35,501 nt of DNA from Acidobacteriota bacterium. Its GTDB lineage: Bacteria > Acidobacteriota > Blastocatellia > RBC074. Below are positions 1-7,358 of this stretch, in pieces. The stretch spans positions 1-35,501 of the forward strand of contig JAEUQP010000341.1 of assembly GCA_016789645.1 (NCBI GenBank). Direction: 5' to 3'. Numbering within the stretch: the stretch's first letter is position 1; every line of letters begins with the position of its first letter. The translations under genes and the position numbers were made by a program. The notes below the pieces were generated by a model that saw only the letters and a program-made list of their open reading frames with translations, had not been told where the DNA came from and did no database searches.

Positions 1-1
1 C

Positions 2-157
2 AGCAAAAAGTTTGGCAAAGGGCGCTGGCGAAAAATGAAAGGCATTGCTAAAGTGAAATTGCTTGATGGCACGATACATACTACCGAGATTCATTGGTAT
101 GAAGCTCACGGAATTGGTAAGCGTGACTTCAAAATCAAACCACCCTTGTTAGATTGA
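2..157 (+). CDS. 3' end of an ORF cut by the window edge; hypothetical protein
   Basis: Open frame from position 2 to TGA at 155-157 (...KVKLLDGTIHTTEIHWYEAHGIGKRDFKIKPPLLD*). The next gene starts 6 nt downstream. No family recognised with certainty. Confidence 0.35.
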   Translation, partial: SKKFGKGRWRKMKGIAKVKLLDGTIHTTEIHWYEAHGIGKRDFKIKPPLLD

Positions 158-163
158 AGGCTT

Positions 164-406
164 ATGAACGAACAAGACCTCGCAACAAAATTTGCTGTTT
201 GCATAGATAATTCTGGCAACGAACTCAGTTTGGAAATCGGCAAGCTTTACGAAATTGTCAACGACCAGGAAGCTGTCCGGCACGGATATGTACGGGTCAT
301 TGACGAAAGCGGGGAAGATTATTGGCATGCCGCCTCAATGTTTTATTTGATGGACGTACCAAACGAATTGGCGACAACATTGCACAAAGTTTATGCCTCT
401 GCTTAA
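164..406 (+). CDS. small hypothetical protein (80 aa), second gene of a tight two-gene unit
   Basis: ATG at 164 preceded by GAAGG. The motif RVIDESGEDYWH...F resembles a recurrent small uncharacterised protein family that I recall from memory only. Confidence 0.55.
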   Translation: MNEQDLATKFAVCIDNSGNELSLEIGKLYEIVNDQEAVRHGYVRVIDESGEDYWHAASMFYLMDVPNELATTLHKVYASA

Positions 407-424
407 TTTTTCTGCGCCTGAATA

Positions 425-1018
425 ATGTTTTCTCTGACTAAGCCATCTCCCGAACGCATCCAGCAATTTCTTGATACTCAGCGTGAGCTTCTTTTGTCGT
501 ATGCGCATGTTGGAGCGACGAACGGCACGCTTCCCGCCGGGTATAACATTGATCACAATCGAATTCAGCTTGGTTATGGTGAGCAGACTTTTCGTCGAGC
601 GATTCACGCTGTGCGGAACTGGAAAATGCACGACTTGGGCTGGCTGGAATTGTGCTGGCCGAATGCGCTGATTGAGGTCGGCTCTACGGTCGCAGTGTTG
701 TGCAGTCATTTTGGATTTTGGTCGTGTCATCCGGCAAAGATTGTCTATGTGGTTGACGAAGCGGACGAACATTCGCGTCGCTTCGGGTTTGGGTACGGAA
801 CGTTGCCTGCTCACGATGAAATCGGCGAAGAGCGGTTTTTGATCGAATGGCAACTCAAAGACGATAGCGTCTGGTATGACATTCTGGCGTTTTCGCGGCC
901 TGCTTCGATGATGGCCAGGTTGGGGTATCCGTTGGTACGAATGCTGCAAAAACGGTTTGGAAAAGAATCGAAAGACGCGATGTTGCGTGCGGTTGCCGAG
1001 CCATTGGCGACTAAGTAA
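425..1018 (+). CDS. DUF1990 domain protein
   Basis: 197-aa ORF with DUF1990-type features: LPAGY...LG.G...F..A...W, FGFGYGTLPAHDEIGEERF and AFSRPAS...LGYPLVR. Confidence 0.7.
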   Translation: MFSLTKPSPERIQQFLDTQRELLLSYAHVGATNGTLPAGYNIDHNRIQLGYGEQTFRRAIHAVRNWKMHDLGWLELCWPNALIEVGSTVAVLCSHFGFWSCHPAKIVYVVDEADEHSRRFGFGYGTLPAHDEIGEERFLIEWQLKDDSVWYDILAFSRPASMMARLGYPLVRMLQKRFGKESKDAMLRAVAEPLATK

Positions 1019-1055
1019 GATGCCGCAACTTTATTCTCATATTCAGGAGACACAC

Positions 1056-2465
1056 ATGACTTTTGTTCGCAGGGCTGCGTTGTGCAGCCTGTTGGTGGCA
1101 ATTACTGTTTTGGCGTCAAGCTCAACGCAGGCTCAATCGTCAATCAACTGGGATTCGCTTCAAAAAGAAGCCGTTGAGTTGTTTGTTCAGTATCTGAAGA
1201 TTGACACGACCAATCCGCCAGGAAATGAAACGCGCGCAGCCAATTTCTTTGCCGAACTTTGCAAGCGCGAAGGCATCGAGCATCAGGTTTTCGAACCGTT
1301 CCCAGGGCGCGGAACCTTGTGGGCGCGGTTGAAAGGCGATAGCAGTCAGCGGCCCATCATTTTGTTGAATCACACCGATGTCGTTCCGCATAGCCCGGAG
1401 TTTTGGTCAGTTCCGGCATTTAGCGGGCAAATCAAAGATGGGTTCATTTATGGGCGTGGCGCGCAGGACATGAAGTCTGTCGGGTTGGCGCAGTTTATGG
1501 TCATGGTCGCGCTGAAGCGAGCAAAAGTCCCTCTCAAGCGAGACATCATCTTTTTGGCAACTGCGGATGAGGAAGCGGGGGGATTGCTTGGGGCAGGTTG
1601 GTTTGCCAAGCATCATCCGGAATTGTTGGGCAAAGCTGAATTTTTGTTCAACGAAGGCGGAAGCAATATGGTGGACCAGAACGGCAAGGTTCTGGCCGTC
1701 GGCGTTGGCCCTTCGGAAAAAACTCCCGCCTGGTTACGACTGACGGCGACGGGCGAGCCAGGACACGGTTCGATTCCGCGTCCGAATTCCGCTGTGAACC
1801 GATTGCTGCGGGCATTGAACCGGTTATTGGATTATTCGCCTGCGGTTCAGTTGACGCCTGTGGTTGAGCAATCATTCAAAGCTTTAGCTCCGTTGTTGCC
1901 GCCAGATTTGGCCGCGAAATACTCCAACCTGCGCGAAGCGATCAAAGACCCGGCCTTTGCGCGAACGCTGGAATCTGATCCCGGAGCAAAGGCTCTGACC
2001 CGCAACACAATTTCCGTCACCATGCTCAATGGCGGCAACAAGGTCAATGTCATCCCACCCGTGGCGACGGCTGAAATTGACACGCGGCTGGTTCCCGGCG
2101 AAAAACTGGATCGCTGGATTGCCGAATTGCGCGACGTCATCAAAGACGATTCGGTCAAAATCGAAACCGTGTTGGCGTTTGAGGCCAATGCTTCGCCAAT
2201 TGACAGCGATCTGGTTAAAGCCGTTGCCGATGTTGTTCAGCGGCGTTATCCGGGCGCAATCATTTCGCACCCTGTGCTGGCTGGCTTTACCGACAGTCAT
2301 TATTTTCGCGTGTTGGGAGTTCACAGTTATGGATTTTCTCCGTTCGTCGCTCCAGGCAGGGAACTGGGGGGAGGTTTTCATGGCAACGATGAACGCATTG
2401 GGCAAAAAGCCTTTGCAGACGGGGTGAAATTCTTTTACGACGTGATCGAGCGTTTAGCGAAATGA
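1056..2465 (+). CDS. secreted M20-family metallopeptidase (ArgE/DapE/CPG2-like)
   Basis: ATG at 1056 preceded by AGGAGA (1045-1050). Signal peptide MTFVRRAALCSLLVAITVLASSSTQAQ. M20 motifs LLNHTDVVP, GRGAQDMK and ATADEEAG. The ORF-track start at 957 would overlap the upstream gene. Confidence 0.85.
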   Translation: MTFVRRAALCSLLVAITVLASSSTQAQSSINWDSLQKEAVELFVQYLKIDTTNPPGNETRAANFFAELCKREGIEHQVFEPFPGRGTLWARLKGDSSQRPIILLNHTDVVPHSPEFWSVPAFSGQIKDGFIYGRGAQDMKSVGLAQFMVMVALKRAKVPLKRDIIFLATADEEAGGLLGAGWFAKHHPELLGKAEFLFNEGGSNMVDQNGKVLAVGVGPSEKTPAWLRLTATGEPGHGSIPRPNSAVNRLLRALNRLLDYSPAVQLTPVVEQSFKALAPLLPPDLAAKYSNLREAIKDPAFARTLESDPGAKALTRNTISVTMLNGGNKVNVIPPVATAEIDTRLVPGEKLDRWIAELRDVIKDDSVKIETVLAFEANASPIDSDLVKAVADVVQRRYPGAIISHPVLAGFTDSHYFRVLGVHSYGFSPFVAPGRELGGGFHGNDERIGQKAFADGVKFFYDVIERLAK

Positions 2466-2474
2466 GGTAATAGG

Positions 2475-2876
2475 ATGGCTTCTATCGAACTGAAACGGCG
2501 AATTCGCTGGGCTGATGCCGACGCAGCCGGGCGACTGCATTACCCTCGCATCTTTGAGTATTTCGAAGAAGGCGAAATCGAATTGCTCCGTTCAGTGGGA
2601 ATTGAATTTCTGAGCGGCAGCCAGGAAGTTCGTGAATATGACTTTCCGCGGAAACACGTGGACGCTGTCTTTCATCGAATGTTGCCTCTGGATGCTCCAT
2701 TTGTGATGCGCGTGACTGTGGGCAAACTTGGCAACAGTTCAATCCGTTACGATTACCAGATTTTCAGCGACGACGAATGCACGCAATTGGCTTTGGAAGG
2801 ATCAATGACCGTGGTTTGCGTTAAAAACGGCAGGCCCGCAACACTTCCTGAAACGTTGCGGGAAGCGTTGTCATGA
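2475..2876 (+). CDS. acyl-CoA thioesterase, hotdog fold (4HBT/YbgC-like)
   Basis: 133 aa. The N-terminal IRWADADAAGRLHYPRIFEYFEEGEIELLRSVGI is typical of the 4HBT thioesterase family. GAGG lies 7 nt upstream of the ATG. Confidence 0.8.
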   Translation: MASIELKRRIRWADADAAGRLHYPRIFEYFEEGEIELLRSVGIEFLSGSQEVREYDFPRKHVDAVFHRMLPLDAPFVMRVTVGKLGNSSIRYDYQIFSDDECTQLALEGSMTVVCVKNGRPATLPETLREALS

Positions 2877-3203
2877 TGTGAAGGAAGCCAAACTTCTTTC
2901 TGCCGAACAGCCTGATACATCGCCAATCAGATTCTTCATTTCCGTTTCGTCGCCCATCCACTCTGAACCGATAGTATTTAGTGGTGCGTAGAGTTGGTCA
3001 AAAATTGGCTGCGCGGTAATAACGAAACCATCCAAAAGCAACAACAGTTCGAAATCGCTCTGGCGCCATTTGCCGCCTTACTGCAGTTTAGTCTGGGTTC
3101 AGCATTTAGAAAGCAGAGCGGAATTTTCTTTTCAAAGCGAATGGTGTTGACGCCCCCCAAATTCCGAACTGCTGTTGGCTTCAGCTTGGTGCGAGGAGGT
3201 TAG

Positions 3204-6200
3204 GTGTCTATTGTTCTCAAAGTTCGCCGTTTCGTTTTCGTGATCCTTGCCGGACTAGCGCTTATACCCTTTGCAGTCCCAGTGCTGTATGCGGAACGGT
3301 TACCGGTCAAGCTTTACACCACTGCCGACGGCTTGCCGAGCACGCAGATCAAACGCATTGTGCGCGATTCGCATGGCTTCCTCTGGTTTTGCACGCGCAA
3401 TGGCCTGAGCCGTTTCGACGGCGCCGAATTCGTCAATTACAACATCATAGACGGCTTGCCAGATCCGACGATTAACGATCTGCTCGAAAGCCGTAGCGGC
3501 GTTTATTGGGTGGCGACCAATGGAGGCGGCGTGAGCCGCTTTGACCCTCGTGTTTCGACCGCTACGCAGTCCGCTTTACGCTTCAAGCATTACGCAGTCG
3601 GCATTCATATAGCCAGCAACCGCGTCAATCGTCTCTGCGAAGATTTGCTAGGACGCATCTGGGCGGCAACGGATCGCGGTATTTTCCGGCTCGAAGCAAA
3701 GCACGATGCGTCGTTTCAGCAGGTGGATTTGCCGGTCACCCCGCGTGCTCCCGGGGAAGAATCTGCCAATGCGATCATGGCTGACCGCAGTGGCACAGTC
3801 TGGGTAGGGTTTTCCTCCGCCGGACTTTTTCGTGTATGGCCTGACGGGCGGATTGAGCAGTTCGCGCAACGGGCAAAATTGCCGATTACACCCATTAACT
3901 CATTACTTGAAGATCGCACTGGCCGCATTTGGGTTGGAACTTGGGGGCACGGCCTGTTTCGCATAGAGGACGGAACAGGTTCGAATCAACCGCTGGCTGC
4001 ACAGCAATTCACGACAAAGGATGCCTTGCCAGCAGACAGCGTTCACTCAATGTACCAGTTTCCCGACGGGCGTTTGTGGGCGTTTACAGAAATGGGAATC
4101 GCTGAGTTTGATGGGAACGCTTTCAAACCACTTGATCAAATCAATCGTCTGATCGGGGGAGTCGTGGAAATGGCCATGGAAGATCGAGACGGCAATCTTT
4201 GGCTAAGCAGCCTACACCTAGGTGTCACGAAACTGATCCGTCAGGGATTCACGACCTGGGATCAAAATGATGCGCCCGGACTTAGGTTTCCTTATCCTTT
4301 ATACACGGACGCCAATGGTGAAATCATTGCCAATGGCATGAAGAATTGGACGATCAATCAATTTGACGGACAACGTTTCACGACCGTTCGTCCGCTCTTG
4401 CCGCCCGATCCTGGAAACCTGTGGCTGAATACCGGCGCGTACCGTGACCGCTTCGGCGAATGGTGGGTAACGAGTCGAACGGGGCTGTACCGTTTTCCTC
4501 AAGTCCGCCGGCTGGCTGATCTGGCGCATACGTCGCCGAAAGCCGTCTATCGCCTTGGCTCTGGTCTGTCCCACGATATTGTCTACCGTGTTTACGAAGA
4601 TGTGCGCGGTGATCTCTGGGTCGGCGGACTTAACGAAAACGCAAACAACCTGACTCGTTGGGAGCGCGCCAGTGAAACGTTTCATCCTGTCAAAATTCCG
4701 CCGGAGATTTCGGATCCGCAAGTGCCCAGTGTTTTTCTGGAAGACCGCGCCGGAAACCTCTGGATCGCCTTTCAAGACGGCGGCTTGGTGCGTTACCGCG
4801 ATGGCCGTTTCATCGTAATGCAACAGGCAGATGGTTGGCCTCACTCACAAATAATGTCCGGCTACCTAGATCAGTCAGGCCGCCTGTGGCTTGTTGGCGG
4901 GGCGGCAGGCTTGATGCGGATTGACGACCCAGCGGCGGAATCCCCCCGCCCGACACGCATTTACACGATGGCCGATGGGCTGAGCAGTGGCAACGTGCGT
5001 GCTGTGACGGGAGATCAATGGGGACGCATTTACATTGGCACGGCAGCCGGAATTGACCGGCTGGATTTGGCCTATAACAGTGTGCGCCATTACACCGCCG
5101 CCGATGGACTATCCAATGAGTTTGTCGTTTCCGCCCAACGCGACCGGAACGGGCATTTATGGTTCGGCACGATTGAGGGTTTGTCGCGGCTGGTTCCGGA
5201 ACCCGATGTCCCTTCCGTTCCGCCGCCGGTGAAAATCGGTGCATTGCACGTCGCCGGCGTACCTTACGGTGTTTCTGAAATTGGAGAGGAGGCGGTTGGC
5301 ACTCTGAAACTCGATGCCGCCCAAAACAACGTCCAGATTGACTATTTTGGCGTTTCTTTCGCGTTTGGCGAGCGTCTGCGTTTTCAATACAAATTGGAAA
5401 ACGCAGACCGCGAATGGAGCGCGCCGACAGAACAGCGCAGCGTTAACTACGCCAATCTGGCTCCGGGGTCATATCGCTTTCTGGTGCGCGCCATCAACGC
5501 GGACGGGGTCGTCAGCGCGCAGCCAGCAACAGTCGCTTTTATGATCTTGCCTCCCCTGTGGCGGCGGTGGTGGTTCATGGTGTTGATAGTTTTAAGCGTC
5601 GGGGCGGCGATTTATGCGCTGTATCGTTATCGCGTCTCGCATCTATTGGCACTTGAACGTGTGCGGATGCGCATAGCCCACGACTTGCACGACGACATCG
5701 GCTCGAACCTCTCGCGCATCGCCATGCTCAGCGAAGTCGCGCGCCAACACCTGGGCGGAGACGATTCCGAAGTAACCGACCGCCTCACGCGCGTAGCCGC
5801 TATCTCGCGCGAATCGGTTGATGCCTTGGGCGACATAGTCTGGGCGATCAACCCCGCACGCGACCGCCTGAGCGATCTGACGCAGCGCATGCGGCGCGTG
5901 GCAGATGATTTTTGCTCCGCGCGCGACATCGCATTCGATATCCATACCGCCATTGCCGACCACAACGCGCGGCTCGACAGCGACACCCGCCGCGAAGTGC
6001 TGCTCATTTTCAAAGAATGCCTGAACAACATAGCGCGTCATTCCGGCTGCACAGCGGTCAACGCCGAATTCCGCCAGCAGGACGGCTGGCTAGTTTTGCA
6101 AATCGGCGACAACGGTAAAGGCATTGAGCCGTCTCGACAGAACAATGGCCACGGCCTCAACAGTATGCAGCAGCGCGCCGTGCGGCTGGGCGGAGAGTTG

Positions 6201-6278
6201 GCCATTACTTCGGACAACAGCATCGGCACAACCCTGCGGCTGACGGTTCCGCTCAGCCGCCGAAAACGCAGGTTTTGA
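3204..6278 (+). CDS. sensor histidine kinase with extracytoplasmic beta-propeller and Y_Y_Y region, HisKA_3 type
   Basis: GTG start preceded by AGGAGG (3193-3198). N-terminal hydrophobic segment. Many propeller-blade repeats (G.LW(V/I)(G/A)T..G(L/V).R(F/L)). Y_Y_Y-like segment (RFQYKLE...REWS...NYANLAPGSYRFLVRA). TM helix WWFMVLIVLSVGAAIYALY. H-box RIAHDLHDDIGSNLS. HATPase N and G boxes (ECLNNIARHS, DNGKGI, GHGLNSM). Confidence 0.9.
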   Translation: MSIVLKVRRFVFVILAGLALIPFAVPVLYAERLPVKLYTTADGLPSTQIKRIVRDSHGFLWFCTRNGLSRFDGAEFVNYNIIDGLPDPTINDLLESRSGVYWVATNGGGVSRFDPRVSTATQSALRFKHYAVGIHIASNRVNRLCEDLLGRIWAATDRGIFRLEAKHDASFQQVDLPVTPRAPGEESANAIMADRSGTVWVGFSSAGLFRVWPDGRIEQFAQRAKLPITPINSLLEDRTGRIWVGTWGHGLFRIEDGTGSNQPLAAQQFTTKDALPADSVHSMYQFPDGRLWAFTEMGIAEFDGNAFKPLDQINRLIGGVVEMAMEDRDGNLWLSSLHLGVTKLIRQGFTTWDQNDAPGLRFPYPLYTDANGEIIANGMKNWTINQFDGQRFTTVRPLLPPDPGNLWLNTGAYRDRFGEWWVTSRTGLYRFPQVRRLADLAHTSPKAVYRLGSGLSHDIVYRVYEDVRGDLWVGGLNENANNLTRWERASETFHPVKIPPEISDPQVPSVFLEDRAGNLWIAFQDGGLVRYRDGRFIVMQQADGWPHSQIMSGYLDQSGRLWLVGGAAGLMRIDDPAAESPRPTRIYTMADGLSSGNVRAVTGDQWGRIYIGTAAGIDRLDLAYNSVRHYTAADGLSNEFVVSAQRDRNGHLWFGTIEGLSRLVPEPDVPSVPPPVKIGALHVAGVPYGVSEIGEEAVGTLKLDAAQNNVQIDYFGVSFAFGERLRFQYKLENADREWSAPTEQRSVNYANLAPGSYRFLVRAINADGVVSAQPATVAFMILPPLWRRWWFMVLIVLSVGAAIYALYRYRVSHLLALERVRMRIAHDLHDDIGSNLSRIAMLSEVARQHLGGDDSEVTDRLTRVAAISRESVDALGDIVWAINPARDRLSDLTQRMRRVADDFCSARDIAFDIHTAIADHNARLDSDTRREVLLIFKECLNNIARHSGCTAVNAEFRQQDGWLVLQIGDNGKGIEPSRQNNGHGLNSMQQRAVRLGGELAITSDNSIGTTLRLTVPLSRRKRRF

Positions 6279-6428
6279 CCCTGGCCTTTACTTTGTTTGG
6301 AAACGAAACCTACACACCCACGTAGTGTCTGGTGTTCGCGTTCGCGGTAATCTGTGGTCAAGTTCCCTGCGGAAACCGCCCACGATTAGTTGCAAATACG
6401 ATTCGCACCCATAAACGGCGAAGGAAAT

Positions 6429-7106
6429 ATGTCCGGTAACACTGCTCCAGCAAGCCCCCCACCATCTACCCCAATCAAGGTCGTAGTGGTCGAAGACATC
6501 CTAGATATCCGCGAGAGCCTGCGCATTATGATCAACGGCACAGAAGGTTTCCGCTGCATGGGCGCTTACTACTCCGCCGAAGAAGCGATGGAAAAGATCG
6601 GCAAGGAAGTCCCTGACGTAGTGCTGATGGACATCGGCCTGCCGAAGATGTCGGGCATCGAAGCCACGCGCCAGTTGAAAGCTCATTACCCAAAGCTTTT
6701 GATCCTGATGCTGACGGTCTACGACGACGACGAGCGTATCTTCAATTCGCTCTGCGCCGGAGCCTGCGGATACTTGCTGAAGAAGACGCCTCCCGCGCGC
6801 CTTCTTGAAGGTATCCAGGAAGCAGCAAACGGCGGCTCACCAATGACGCCCGAAATCGCCCGCCGCGTCGTCGAACTGTTCCAGCAATTTCACCCGCCAG
6901 TCCAGGCCGATTACCAACTTTCAGCACACGAAGTGCGTTTATTGAAAATGCTCGCCGAGGGACACAGTTACCGCTCCGCCGCGACCGTTTTGGGCGTTAC
7001 ACCGCATGCGGTGTCTTTTCACTTGCGAAATATCTACGAGAAGCTCCACGTTCATTCCAAATCTGAAGCGGTTGCAAAAGCGTTGCGAGATCATCTCATC
7101 GAATAA
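6429..7106 (+). CDS. NarL/LuxR-family response regulator
   Basis: ATG at 6429 after GAAGGA. Receiver domain (VVVVEDI..., VVLMDIGLPKMSG, LTVYDD). C-terminal LuxR HTH (LSAHEVRLLKMLAEGHSYRSAATVLGVTPHAVSFHLRNIYEKLHV). Directly downstream of the kinase. Confidence 0.9.
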   Translation: MSGNTAPASPPPSTPIKVVVVEDILDIRESLRIMINGTEGFRCMGAYYSAEEAMEKIGKEVPDVVLMDIGLPKMSGIEATRQLKAHYPKLLILMLTVYDDDERIFNSLCAGACGYLLKKTPPARLLEGIQEAANGGSPMTPEIARRVVELFQQFHPPVQADYQLSAHEVRLLKMLAEGHSYRSAATVLGVTPHAVSFHLRNIYEKLHVHSKSEAVAKALRDHLIE

Positions 7107-7146
7107 GTCCGTCTCGCATCTTGTCCCTCAGTCAGCAAGCCTACTT

Positions 7147-7177
7147 ACCTATGCAGTGACAAAGCAAGTGCATAGGT
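7147..7177 (+). terminator. perfect 9-bp hairpin downstream of the response regulator gene; weak terminator candidate
   Basis: ACCTATGCA (7147-7155) pairs with TGCATAGGT (7169-7177) around a 13-nt loop. It is followed only by TTTAAATAA, so there is no strong U tract. Confidence 0.25.
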
Positions 7178-7358
7178 TTAAATAAGGTTCAGTGCGTAAA
7201 CAGGATAAGCGCACACGCTGGTGGTGCCGCAAGCCTTGATTTATCTACCGGTGTGCAAGCAAGCAGCATCAGCGAAGCACATTAACTTAATTGAACTGAG
7301 GCCATCTCGAAGCAGTCAGCCAACCCAAAGGTAACAGTTAAACTAAAGGAGAGTCATT

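Noticed and set aside
335-949. 204-aa ORF on the minus strand
   Set aside because: It is entirely antisense to the DUF1990 gene, which has clear family motifs. The product is Arg/Pro-rich with no recognisable features, as is typical of a shadow ORF.
957-1055. 33-aa N-terminal extension of the M20 peptidase (ORF-track start at 957)
   Set aside because: It would overlap the DUF1990 gene by 62 nt and bury the signal peptide. ATG 1056 has an AGGAGA SD and yields a normal signal peptide.
2994-3203. 69-aa ORF in the thioesterase-kinase spacer
   Set aside because: No SD and no recognisable motif. It ends exactly where the kinase SD and GTG begin, so this is more likely a promoter and leader region.
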